Source: Proteromonas lacertae
Taxonomy: Eukaryota
Length of the DNA stretch: 64,000 nt
NCBI GenBank assembly: GCA_002245135.1
Contig: NGBS01000299.1
Coordinates: forward strand, 124,001-188,000
Direction of reading: 5' to 3'
A program made the position numbers and the translations under genes. Shown here piece by piece: positions 14,021 to 27,500 of this stretch (position 1 is the stretch's first letter; each line of letters opens with the position of its first letter). The notes below the pieces were generated by a model. The model was not told the origin of the DNA, did not search any database, and worked only from the letters and a program-made list of their open reading frames with translations.

Positions 14021-15331
14021 ATGAATGACGACGAGAAACTTATGATAAATAAAATGGTATATAAACATTACTAATAAATAGATTGAACAGTATAACAACT
14101 TTTCAAGGACTGTTGAAGGTACATGGAGAAAAAACACCTTGTTTCCTCTTGATCAAGTCGGAGAAGATTTAGCCTCTGTATTATGTCGTATATTGATGAT
14201 TATCTCTTTTTTTAATAGTTAATCGATATGAAATTTCCCAAATTCAATATAACTATTTGCAGATATGGTCATCAGATACAGAACATCCATATATGCTCGC
14301 TGTAAATTTTTTTGAAAAAATAAACGTAAATTATTATGACATATTTAAATACTACTTCATGATCTATCGTATAACATAATTTATATTTTTAATATTTAAT
14401 AGAAGAGCAAATAAACATGGATTCTTTCTTTCTCTTCACAATGTTATTCAGTTTTGGAGTTCCTGATAGTTTAGTTCGTGTTTTATTGTCTGTTTGTGGA
14501 ATTCAAACTAATTATGCCGTTACATTTAACCAATCAGTTAGTTTTATTAGAACTCTAAATGGTGAGTCACATCATGATGAAATGATCAAAGAATGGTTTG
14601 CAGAACAGTATATATTATATTATATTCTTATTTTAAATAATTCAAAAAATAGTGAAAAAGATGATAGAATTCCAATTCATCAAATAGTTCAATTATTCTC
14701 AACAAGTTCTGTGTTGTTAAAACCATTCAGAGAAATCAAAGATGCTCTAATAAAACACTTTATTACTGAAAAGATATATTACAATATAGGAAAGAGAAGG
14801 TTATATTATAACACTTACACTCCCAACAGTGATTTACTCTTTCCACCGGAACAATGTTTTGAGAAGTTTATGAGAGAAAATATATTGAAAAGACCACCAC
14901 CGTATTTCACTGAGTATAGAAAGCTGGGAGAAAAAGAAACAAAATCATTAGATTCTCTCATTATTCAAGTCAAAATTAGATATGGTTATTCAAGAAGATT
15001 CGTTAGTGCAAGGAATGGTTATAATAATACTAAATCAACTCTATCTAGTTACAGTATTAACAATGAATATGATGAAGGGATAAGACATATCTCAGAAATG
15101 ATGAAAAGTGGAAGAAATAATAGCAATTCGAGTGAGGTAAATAGACATCATCAACAGGATGTTATTGCTGGAAGAAAGCTTAGTAAAGAGTATGTTTCTA
15201 AAATGAGTAACGATGATCATTTGAAATTGCTATGTAGTGAAGCATCTAATCATTCATTATTAATTGCAAGTCGTTCAAAAATTAACACTAAAATTCATCC
15301 AGAATTTTCTGTACATTTTGCTACTGATTGA
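14021..15331 (+). CDS. Tandem family member 10
   Basis: ATG 14021, four introns; RVLLSVCGIQTN, PPEQC, PPPYFTEY, RYGYSRR. Confidence 0.87.
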
Positions 15332-15520
15332 AATTGATTAAAGGAAATGTATATATGTTTAATGGATTTTAATCTGTATCAGGTATTTTATATGTATATA
15401 TTTAAATAAATTTTTATGTTCTATTGTTTATTTTGCTTAAATTGTGGTTATTTTGAATAAATTGTTTGATCAAAAGTTTGAGCTACAGCCAATAGAAATC
15501 GTTATTAAGAATAATATCAA

Positions 15521-17309
15521 ATGGTCTTTATTTCACGTAAGGAAGAAGATCAGGTACATGATATGGTATTTTAGAGCGACTCTCTATATATTTTAAACAG
15601 ATAACAGCATATAATAACTTCACAACTACCGATAAAGGAAAGTGGCGCAAAACAGTTATTTTTGACTTAGACACAGTCTGCGTAGCATTAGCTCAAATAT
15701 GTTATTGTAAGTTTTAATTTTTTTAATTTTTATGTTGTAGTAACGAACTTTGAATTAGCTCAATGGCAGTTCGACTATTTATGTTTCTGGATTCGTGATA
15801 CAGATCATCCCTATATTATAGCTCCGATTTTTTTTGATCGTATACACTTGCCTTACACAGAATTACTCAAATCTTTCTTTAAACCTTTTAGTATTAATCA
15901 TCATGTGTTTATTATTATATAGATGAGCGTTTAACCATCGATAATTATCTGTTGTTCATCATTTTATTCGCATATAACAGAAATCATATCATTCTAAGAA
16001 TTTTACTTTCTGTTTGTAAGATACAAGGTAATGTTTCTGTAAATTATTCACAGTCGTTGTCATTCTTTTCGATGTTAAACACAGATGCTTTATTAGATCA
16101 AAAAATATTTGAATGGTTGCAAAACAAGTATATATATTCTATATATATTTTCTATTATTTCTTTATAGTAAAAATAAAGAAAGAATCTTAATTTCAGATT
16201 TAATAGAATTTGCAGTAACCAATGAAACATTACTAATACAAGTTAATGCAATCAAAAAGGCCTTAATCTCAAATGTTTTAGGCAAATACACTTACAATCG
16301 TGTAATGAGAAGAAAAATGTTTTATGACGATTATATAGCTTCAGTATCAAAGCAGAATCTTCCACCAGGATTAATAGCCACTACTATCAATGATAGAATG
16401 CCGCATGAATCATGTACGGAAAGAACAATTCGTAATTTAATAAAGAAATCACCTCCTCCATATTATACAGATTATCCTCCAGCAGTCGGTACTAGTATAG
16501 ATGCACAAAAGACTTTATTAGAACAATCAATAGTAAGTATCAGAGGGATGTTTGGAATGAATACTAAATTGTTATCTAGCAGATCTAGTAGATTATCAAA
16601 GAGTTCATTTCCTAAGATCCGACCGAGTTTGTTTTTGAATTCGCAGAAGAGTGAGAATCATAATGAAGCATCCTTTGGTGCTAAGGTTGCTAATACTCCA
16701 GCACATTATAGTATGAATTCTAAACTAGGTAATATCAACCATAACAATAATAATAATAATGAGCTGGGATTATTCTTTGGTGAAAAATCAAAATCAGCAA
16801 AAGGTATTGTTACACCTTCATTGAATGGTGATGTGGATAATAATAGATCACAATTAAAACACTCCAAAACTGAAAAGATGTCTGATATTGAAAATCCTGG
16901 ATCTATTAATAATATATTTTCATCAGATATTTCTAAAGTATCACCTGATTTAAATAAGAATGGTTGTGGTGTTAATGATTCTCCAAATATATTGAAGTCT
17001 TCTACTACAAGTAAGATACATCTATCAACTTATCAACCATCACCATCTCCTAAATCACCAAGTATTATCAAGCCACAGTTATCACAACAAAAGTTTCAAC
17101 AACAACATAGTAAAACAATGCCTCAATCCATTGTTATGCCAAATGACACTAGTTTTACAAATAAGCAAATGTCACCTCATAATTTTGGAGGTGGTATTAC
17201 TTTTAATGTATCTCCTAACAAAACTAGTCAGAATGGAACTTCCTTTTTGAAAGGTAGTAAATTAACAACTATTTCGTCTGTTCCTGGTCAAACCACTGAT
17301 CAGCTATAA
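15521..17309 (+). CDS. Tandem family member 11, with a long S/N/P-rich tail
   Basis: ATG 15521, four introns; RILLSVCKIQGN, PHESC, PPPYYTDY. The RYGYS motif has diverged to RGMFGM. Confidence 0.85.
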
Positions 17310-17478
17310 TTATCGGTATTTAAATATAGTTAATTTGATAGAATTTACCTGTTTAGTTAATTTTAGATATTTTTTTAATTCTATTTGTTCATTTTAAGAA
17401 CAATATATTTGTATATGTGTTCTGGATTATTTAACATCAAAACAAAACAAAACAATAATTAAAAAACACAAATTTAGT

Positions 17479-18062
17479 CTATTTTTTCTTCTCTTCTGTT
17501 GTTTTATTTTCCTTTACATCTTCATTAACTGCTGCTTCTTTCTGTTCTTCTTTTAATTTAAATACATAATCATATTTTTCTTTCAATTCTTTCCATACTT
17601 TTTCTCTTTCTTCTCCCTCTTTTGCTCCCTATTTAATCATATATATATAATTATTTAACTAATACATCTAGTAATCCTGACTTTTCTTCTTTCGTTGCAT
17701 AATAATATATACTCTTAATTCCATCTGGGACATCTGTGAATATTTTTTCATCCTAATACAATTAATAAACCAAAATAAATATTAAAATACCTTTATATAT
17801 GTTGGAGGACCATCAGTAACCATTCTTCTAATCTCAGCTGCACAGTCTGACTTTTCTAATTCGTTCATCCATTTTTCATAAGTGTTGTGTAAATAATATT
17901 CTAAGCACATTTGGCATACTGGCGAAGGAAACCATTTTGAACCTTTAAAGAATATATTTGTCTCAATATACCATCCGGTGATATTTCCATGTAATTTTCT
18001 TTCGATATGTCATCATAACATATCATACAATTCTCTCCCTCTGGTGGTTCTGAATGTGACAT
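17479..18062 (-). CDS. Small Cys-rich protein of unknown function (CxxC...CxxC); absent from the ORF track
   Basis: Four spliced exons with three canonical GT-AG introns: MSHSEPPEGENCMICYDDISKENYMEISPDG SKWFPSPVCQMCLEY...DCAAEIRRMVTDGPP...SGLLDGAKEGEEREKVW...TAG. Confidence 0.75.
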
Positions 18063-18153
18063 TTTATTTCAAAAATAGATTCGTTTTAGTTTTATTATAT
18101 TTACATAAAATACTCATAACTAACCATTACTTCGATGTTTAATCACACTCCGA

Positions 18154-18183
<30 letters not shown>
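18154..18183 (+). repeat. (AAT)n microsatellite
   Basis: About ten AAT units in an intergenic region; a similar run lies at about 35725-35748. Confidence 0.85.
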
Positions 18184-18185
<2 letters not shown>

Positions 18186-18245
18186 ATTCAAATTCATAAA
18201 TTATAAATAACTAGTTTACGCTATTCTATAACGGTTTAAAATAAT

Positions 18246-19052
18246 CTATTCCTCTTTCATTTTCCACGGTATTATCCCACCACATCCCAACAACATCATT
18301 GATTTTTCCATTCCTAACCTAGAAGCTTCCACCTGACACTGTAAATCTCTAACTTGAGTTGTTAATTCAACAGCTATTTCTCTTTTCCTTTTATTTTGAG
18401 ATAATGAACTATTTTTTCTACTTTTATGATTTTGTTTACATTCAAATTTCTTTGTAATTGGTGGTGGTAGATAATCCAACACTCTACTCATATAAGCATA
18501 ATATGGACCATATTCAAAATGTAAAACTTGTGCATCTTTTAAACATTGATATGGATCTAACTCAGGTAACGGCTTTTCTTTCTTCATTCTACCTTTTCTA
18601 TCTAAAACATCGATTGATTTCTGTATTTTTTCATTCAATTTCATTGATTCTACTTCTCTGGATCTTTCTTTGAGAATATGCATTACTTCATCTGGACTTT
18701 CATTTAAAGCAGAAAATTTTGTGTGTGGAATTGGTTCAAAATCATGCATTAATGATGTTAAAAAGGTATTGTCTTCTTCTAAATCTTCATAATCATCTCT
18801 AGATGTTATAGGACGTTGTAATTCCTTTCTAATCTGAGATGCTCTTGGATGTCTAGGATTAATTATTGGTGAAGATGTTCTTGGCGATTTACTATATTCA
18901 CGAGGATGTGGAGGTGTGAAATGTTTTGGAGTTAGAACTTTTGTTGGAGGAATTACATTTCCATCTTCATCAGTCATTTTATAGTATATTTTTCTTCCAC
19001 CTCTCTTGAAACCACCTTGAGAACCAATATTTTCTTCTATTTTCACTTCCAT
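18246..19052 (-). CDS. Hypothetical protein, 268 aa, intronless
   Basis: Uninterrupted ORF with normal protein composition, divergent from CTNNBL1 across 72 bp. Confidence 0.75.
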   Translation of the reverse strand: MEVKIEENIGSQGGFKRGGRKIYYKMTDEDGNVIPPTKVLTPKHFTPPHPREYSKSPRTSSPIINPRHPRASQIRKELQRPITSRDDYEDLEEDNTFLTSLMHDFEPIPHTKFSALNESPDEVMHILKERSREVESMKLNEKIQKSIDVLDRKGRMKKEKPLPELDPYQCLKDAQVLHFEYGPYYAYMSRVLDYLPPPITKKFECKQNHKSRKNSSLSQNKRKREIAVELTTQVRDLQCQVEASRLGMEKSMMLLGCGGIIPWKMKEE

Positions 19053-19124
19053 AAAAAACAGTTGGCTTGATTGAAAAACAAATCAAATAAGTTTGTGTCA
19101 TTATAGAATTGAATTTAATCAAAA

Positions 19125-21034
19125 ATGCAATCACATATAAAGAATATGCTGGAAAGAGAAGATTTAAGTAAACTTTCAACGACAATGGAAAGGTGCAAAA
19201 AATGTAAAGGTTGGGGTAAAGACTTAATTCAAGAAAATGGTTATTGTAATCACTGCAATAGAACAATGGGAATACCTTCCTCCACAAAAAGAAAATTTGA
19301 TGATGATAGCAACACAGAATCAAGAAAACATGCTAAAATAGAGTATTTCTATAAGATATATACACTAAATAGTGATGACTATGACGATGATGATGGAAAT
19401 AAAGTTCCAGAAGATGAACAACTTACTAAAGAAGATATAGAAAGGCTTTTAGCAGAAGCTGATGAAAAAGAAGTAGAAGAATTGGATTCAGTTGGAATAA
19501 ATAAATTAATCAAAGGTTTACAAACTAGAATTACAAAAAATCAAGAAGACCATGCAAAGTATGATGATCCAACAAAATTTGAAAATTCTGAAATAGAGCT
19601 ACTTAGTCATTTATATAAATTACAACTACTGTCTACAGTTCCAAATATGTATCCAGAGATAGTGAAGTTAGGTGGAGATAAATTGTTAATTGAATTGATT
19701 AATCATGAAAATATTGATATGTCAATTGAAACACTAAAACTATTGTATTTATATTTGTCATATTATTATTATTATTATTAAATAGAAGTGCGTTATTAGA
19801 CAGTGAAAATGTCTTAGAAAGTGAGGATGAAAGTAGAATATTAGTTGAATCACTAATAGATAATGGATTACTCAAAATTATGATAGAAAATATGAACAGA
19901 ATCAATGATAATGATGAAAAGGAATCAAATGGAATATATTACACATTATCTATTGTTGAATCGTTATTGGAAATTATGCCTATTGTGGCAATTAGATTAT
20001 GTAAAGAGACAAATATTTTATCATTTTTAATACAAAATTTAGGTAAAAAAGAGAATGACCAGAATAAATTATATTCAAGTGAAATATTGTCATTATTATT
20101 AGAAAGTGATTTAGAATGTAGAATTGTTTTTTTAAATCTCAAAATTGCAGTTGGAAATGGTAAAGAAGAACAGTCAATGGATTTACTATTGAGGGATATA
20201 AATATATGGAAAAAGAAAGAACCAACAACAAGTGAAGAAGAAGAATTAATAGAAAATATGTTTGACTCTCTCTGCTCATTATTATATGAAATAGAAGGTA
20301 AAAAACAGTTTTTAAACTTAGAAGGATTTGCATTTTTGAAAATTATTATAAAACAGCAAAAATATTGTAGAGTTCCTGCTTTTAAAGCTTTGGATTATGC
20401 ATTATTGAATAGTAAAGAGAATTGTGATAGTTTTATTGAAAATGATGGAATAAAATATCTATTTCCTGCTTTTATGGGTAAAGGAAATAAACACTCTTTA
20501 AGAAAGAAGAGTGAATATGAAAATGATGTTGAAGAACATATAATTTCTGTTATTGATACACTATTTAGTTATTATGATAATGAAACTAACAAAACAACAT
20601 TTGAAAGATTAGTTAAAAAATTCAATGAAAATGAGTTTGAAAAATGTGATAGACTGATTGAATTATTTGATAAATATTGGAAACTGGTTAGTAAAATAAA
20701 TAAGCAAACTATAAATCAAACATTAAAAGATGAAATGAATGAAGATGAAGTTGCTGAACAAGTATATTTGGCAAAACTTAATGCTGGGTTATTTACTATG
20801 CAGAAATGCGTTGTAATTATTGGTACTTTGTTATTTTATAAGCCACTTAGTGATCATATTGCTAGGAAATGTAAAGAACAAAATATTGATATTAATACAA
20901 TTAAAGTTACATTGGAGGATTATTATGATAGTTTGAATGAAGGAATTGAAGATATGAATGAAGATGATTTAAATGATTTGAAGAAGACCAAAAATAGGAT
21001 ATTAGATATACTATTAATTATAAAATCATTGTAA
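19125..21034 (+). CDS. CTNNBL1: Beta-catenin-like protein 1 (Prp19/NTC spliceosome factor)
   Basis: KNQEDHAKYDDPTKFENSEIEL, LINHENIDMSI, NKLYSSEILSLLL, EEELIENMFDSLCSLL, KFNENEFEKCDRLIEL, YLAKLNAGLFTMQ; two GT-AG introns. Confidence 0.93.
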
Positions 21035-21518
21035 TTATTTTTTATTATTCTTCTTTGTTTTTCATTTAATTTAAAAATAAATAACAAAATCAATATAATT
21101 AACATATATTATAAACTTTCACATTTTTTACTTTTCAGTTGGTTTATGACTTGCATGATCACTACTTTTAGAACAATTACACTTTCATCACTATTGCCAC
21201 TTATATATTTGTTAAGTTGTTATAAAGTTAAATTTTCGTTTTGGTCTAATTAAAGAAATATCTGGATTTAGAGTACTGTTGTATTATGATGAGATATTGT
21301 TGTATATTGACTTTTTTGGTAATTTAGATTCAATCCTGCTTAAGCCAGATTTAGGTATATATAAATAGTTGAAGTGTTAGAAAAAAATATAACTATGTAA
21401 TAAAAACCGTTTTTTATATTTTGTTAAGTGTATTTGTGTAAATTATGTAAAAATTTTGTTAATTGTAATACACTTTATACACTGTATTTTGAGTATTTGT
21501 GTTATTTTTAAAGAATTT

Positions 21519-24500
21519 ATGGAATCTTTCAAAATCTCTCTTGATGTTCTTGAAAAATACGCTTTTGCAGAAGTATTTTTTGTATGTTTATATTTCTAGG
21601 ACAGAAGCGAGTATTTAAGAAGTATTGATGCTGAAACTAGTCAGCCTTTGTTATTAGTATAAATACTTCTATTATCATTATTATTTGTTATAGCTGTTGG
21701 ATTTACTTCACTCTCCTAAAGAAAATGAGAAAAAAATTAGAAATCTTGTAGGAGGGAAAGTAGGTGTATTTAATCACAATGAAGCTATTGAAAAATTAGT
21801 CAATTATCGTATTAAGATGAATGGAACTGAAGATGAAGTAGTAAAGTTCTTAATAGAAGAGTGGCATCTGCAATTTAACTTTAATAAGCCAGTATTAAAT
21901 ATTTGTAATAATAATATATAATAGACAAAAGGTAATTCAACAAACATTTCAGAATTACAAGATGAAAATGTACCAAACGCTGTTGATGATGAGAAAATCA
22001 AGTATCCTGCTCAGTTAAAAACAATTTTAGATGATAAAAACTCATTATTTAAGTTAGAAATGTTGATTAATTATGTAGATATTCATAACAAAGACTTTTG
22101 TGAAGATTTATTAAAAGGACAATTTCAGTGTAAAATTGAAAAAGATGAGAGAATGAAAATAATCAAGTATCTCTATGAACAAGAAGTTTTAATCGAATTA
22201 GAAGGATATATGAAGTATATAAAAGAATTATTAAAAGAGATAGAATATTGCAATTGTATATGTTATGATAAACTGACAATAAGTGATTTAGAAGATTTAA
22301 TAAAGAATAATTCAATTGTATTATCACAAGATGTCTTCATAATTCATTACATTATTGAATTAGGAAGTGATATAAACAAGAAGAGTGATGATTATAAGGA
22401 GAAAGTAAAGATTTACTTTGAAAAGTTGTTAAAGTTTAACAAATTATTACCATCTGAAGAAAAGAGTATTACTTATAGTGTTTTATATTCTATATTATAT
22501 ACAAATATAATATTAAACAATGATTTTGATGATAAATTATTCAAAGAGTGGATGAAAGCAGGTAAAACATACACTACCCATTTTCCATTTGATGATAATA
22601 AGATTAAAGCATATAATGATGATTCTGAAAGACAAATTTTCAACTGTATTATGAGAAATGTTGGATTAGACGGTGAAGTAGATAAATGTGGAATTACTAA
22701 GTTAATATATAAATACTTCTACCATTATTATGAAATGAATAAATCAATTGATGATTTTAGCAGTTATGTTAAGAATGATTGGTTTAATAGACAGAAATAT
22801 ACTTTAAATGTATATTTTGATAGAGAAGTTACTGCCAGTTTGAAATATTTAAATGATAAAGGTTTTGCAGATACAGTAGAATCAATTGAATTAGAAATCG
22901 ATGATTTTAACAGGACATACTTCCATGAAAATGAAACAATCGAAGTAACATGTTTCTTGAAGAACATTCCAGAATTAGAAATAAAAATGTTTGAAATTAA
23001 TACACTAGAATTTAAAAAAGTATATATATTATTCTAATTATTGTTATTTTGAATAGAGTAAAAAGTCATTAAATGAGTGGATTAAAGGAAATGAATTAGA
23101 TGGATTAATACCATCTTATGTAGATAAAAAAGACTATAACAACATCAAACATCATGTTTTACATAAAGAGTTATTCAGATTTGATAATATTATATTCAAT
23201 GGTGTTTATGTTATTGAATTAACAGGAAATGGTCATCAAAGTAGAATATTGGTCAATAGAGGTGAAATTAATTACATTAAGAAAGTAACACCAGATGGTT
23301 ATTTGTTTAACTTATTAAATGAATATAATTTACCATGTGATAATGAAAAATGCTCAATAATAATGAATGACAAAGAGTATAAATACAAGTAAAGAATGTA
23401 ATGGAATATTAATACCATTCATACATAAAGATAATGATAGTTCAAATAATGATTTATATTTATGTGTAAAAGAGAAGAATGAATCAGCTAATAATACCAA
23501 TCATATATATTCAATACCATCTAATTGTTATTTACATCCTGAATCTTATGAATTAAGAATTGGTATGTTATTGAATAATGAACATGTATTACAAGGAAAA
23601 CATAATAATCAGTTTATTATCCATCCTTTGTTATTGTTACAAAGTCAATATGAATGTTCATTATCATTATTACATAATATATCAATAGATATAGAATTAC
23701 ACTATTTAGATGATAGTAGAAGTAATCAACATATCAACATCAAAGAATTATTAGATAAAATTGACATAACTCCATATATAACCATAGATGATAATTTGGT
23801 TGATATAAATGTGAAAATGGAAGGCGAAATGGTTATTAATTATGAAAAAGTAAAGATCAGTGGTTGTTGCAGTTATAATTATGATAGAAACAGTCAAAAG
23901 AACATAATAACTCCATATTTAAGAATTAACAACAGTGGTAATTATGAGTTGAAAATCTTAGGTCAAAATGGAGAAATAATCAAAGATTTTATAACCAATA
24001 TAATATTCTTCAATACTGGCTTTTATATACCAATAAAATATACTCTTAAAAGTAATGAGAATGGTATTATTGAATTAGGCAAATTGAAAAATATCAAAAA
24101 GTTAGTAGTAGAAAATGTAAGTATAGAAATACCAAAACATAGAGTAGAATATCCAGATGATGTATCTTGTTTAGAAAGTGATGAAAATCAAATTGAATTG
24201 CCATTTAATAAAGAATTATATAGGTATTCGTTATTCTCATGTTGTAAAAGAACTAATTACAATAATAACATTGAAGTGAATGATACAAGTATGATTATTA
24301 AAGGTTTAAAAGAAGGAGAATATCTATTAAACATCTTCAATAAGGAATTAGTCAAAACAATTCATTTACACATATTGAGCAAAGAGAGTGTAGAATTGAA
24401 TAATTATTACTTATCTAAATGTATGGTAATAGAAAAAAGTAAAATAACAAAATATAGTTTAATACTACCACCTGTAATTAATGATGATAAAATCAAAATA

Positions 24501-27500
24501 AAAGTGAATAATTTCAACAATACATGTCAGATACATGTTTTGTGGAATTACTTTGTTAATAATTACGATATAAATGTATTACCAAAAGTTAGAAACTATT
24601 TGTTGAAAAATCAATCATATAAATATGAAACTGCCATATTGAACAATCGTAGACTTAGTGATGAATATGTATATGTAAAGAAGCGTAAGTCATATCAGTT
24701 AGGTAATTTACAGAATAGACCATCATTAATATTAGTAGAAGATAAAGTAAAACCAATTACTGTTAAATCTGCAAAAGTTTCTAATGGAAGTGGATTTGAA
24801 TCATCATGTGATTCATCATGTAAGCCATGTATGTGTTCTGCTGGAGGAATGGGAATGGGAATGGGAATGGGTTGTGGTTATCGTGGTGTTAATGTCAGTA
24901 ATGGTACTGGTGGTATTATAAACAAACAAATATATCCAAATTTCTTAAAACCATGTTTAATTGATTTTTATAATTGTGATGTTAATGATGATGGTTATAT
25001 AGAAATACCAAAGAATGAATTACCTTTCTTTGATAATGGTGGTTGTTTAACTATAATAGATCTTGATAATGATATTGGTAGTTGTTACAGTTATTCTGTT
25101 GATGATATAAAGAAAGAGAATCAACCATTTAGAAATCTTACAATCAAGAATAGAGTTGATGTGAATTGTCATTTGACATTATGTAGAGTAATAGAACCAA
25201 AATACAAAAATGAAGAAATGATAGTTAATACAGGAGATGAATATAAGATTATCGATAGTTTACAGGATGTATATTCAATATTCAGTAGTTGTCATAAAGT
25301 TAATGAAAATGAATTGAACAAATTCAGATTCTTAGTACATTGGAGTGATTTGAGTGAAAAAGAGAAGTTAGATAAATATAATGAGAATATTTGCCATGAA
25401 TTGAACTATTTTATTTACAAGAAAGACAAAGAATTCTTCAACAAATACATATTACCATTCATTAGTAATAAACTTGAAAAGAGTTTTGTTGATCTTTATT
25501 TGTTAAATTCAAATCTTGATGATTATTTACAATTAAAGAATTTCAAAGAATTGAATGTATTTGAAAAATGTTTGCTTTGTGAAAGACTTAATGAAAAAGG
25601 AAAATATATATTCAATCAAATAAGAGATGAGTTATTTGATAAGATAGAAGATGCTAATGAATTTAATAGAATATTTGAAATAGTTTTCAAAATCAATAAT
25701 GAGATAAATGAAGAAGATTCAAGTGAAGAAGAAGAAGAACCATGTGAAGAAGAAAATGAAGAAGATCATGAAGAAAATTCTTATAGATCAATAAATTCAT
25801 TTGCAAAATATGCTCCTACTTCACAATCATACAGATCATCTGAAATGGTGTTAAAAAAAGCAGTAAAGAAATGTAAAGCACCAATCCAAGCAAGAAGTAG
25901 AATGTTAAGAGGAGTTCCAACTCCTGGATTGATGATGGCTAGAATGGCAGTAACAAATGATGAGATGATACCTTATCAAAAGCAACCAAAAACTCAACAA
26001 ATAGTAGAAATGTCATATTATAACCATCATAGTTCAATTCAACCAAATTTACTGAAAGTTACAAAATATTGGGAAGATTATTGTGGATATATATTGAATC
26101 ATAATAAAGATGAATTATTCTTAAGTAAACATTTCTGTTATGAAGATAATTCCATAAATGATATAATATTACTGTTAGCAACATTAGATTTACCATTCAA
26201 AGTAGATAAAAGTGTAGAATATGTAAGTGAAAGTGAAGTGAATAAAATGGTAATGAAAAGTGATGTTATAGTATTCAAAAAGAGTTATAAAGAAGTTGAT
26301 GGAAAAACAGATGAAAGAAATGTCTCATTATTATGTAAATTCTATGATCCAAAAGATAAAAAGGAAATAATCAATGGAGTGTCATATCCAAAATATAAAA
26401 AAGATAATAACTATTTAAGTGGTGTAGAGTATGGCTATTGTATTTATATATCAAACTATTTACCAATAAACAAAACATATAATATATTAATATCATTCCC
26501 TGAAGGAAGTATACCAATAGGTGGTTCATTATCAACATATTCAAAAATTGTTACTATCAGATCATTTGAAACTCAAAAGATAGAATTAGGTAATTTTTAT
26601 TTCCCAAATGAAGGTAAATATAAATTATATCCTTGCCATGTTAGTGGATTAAATGGTGATTTAGAAGGTTGGTGTGAAGCATATGAGTTTAATGTAACAA
26701 AAGAGAAAATCAGTATTGATGAAAATTCTTGGTTAGATGTGTCAAGTAATGGTAATAATGATCAAATTATGAAATATTTAAAGAATCATTCATTAGAATC
26801 TGTTGATTTGAGTAATATCTATTATAAATTGATAGATAAAGAGTTTTATGAAATAATGATGAAATATTTAGAAGATAATTTACATTATGATGAAACAATA
26901 TATAGCTTTAGTTTATATCACAATGATAAAAGAAGAATATCTGATTATTTATCCAACAACAAACAGTTAATTGATATTCTATTACCATATAGTGAAAATA
27001 CAATCCTGAAAGTAGATGGATATGAGAAATTGTTGCATTATCAACACACTGAATATAATCCATTCATCAATCCAAGAATTCATACTTTAAAACAAATACC
27101 CAGAATAACAAGTGATGAAATGAAGAAAACATTAAATGATTTCTATTTATATGTTAGTAGTAAGAAAGTGTTAAATGATCATGATTATTATATCCATATT
27201 TATTATTTATTATTACAAGATCGAATTAAAGAGAGTGAAGAAATATTCAATAAATATATAGTGAAAGAAAGAAAGGATGGTATTCCAATTCCAAAGAATG
27301 AAGATTATAGATTACAATTTGATTATTTGTGTTGTTATTTTGATTGTTTCAAACTTACTCCAGAGTGTAGTAATGAAATAAGTAAAAAGTATTTAGATTA
27401 TGGAATTGAAAGTTGGCGTACTTTATTTAAAAGAATATACAATACAGTTAATAATAATACAAATGATATAAGCAGTTATAAAGATCGTGAAGATAGACAA

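Noticed and set aside
1654..17309. The tandem array as a transposon or CRISPR-like repeat
   Set aside because: The units are spliced protein-coding paralogs with no terminal repeats, transposase/RT motifs or identical DNA repeats.
21121..21500. Possible gene relic in a comparatively long spacer
   Set aside because: I could not build a consistent spliced frame or find a recognisable motif on either strand.
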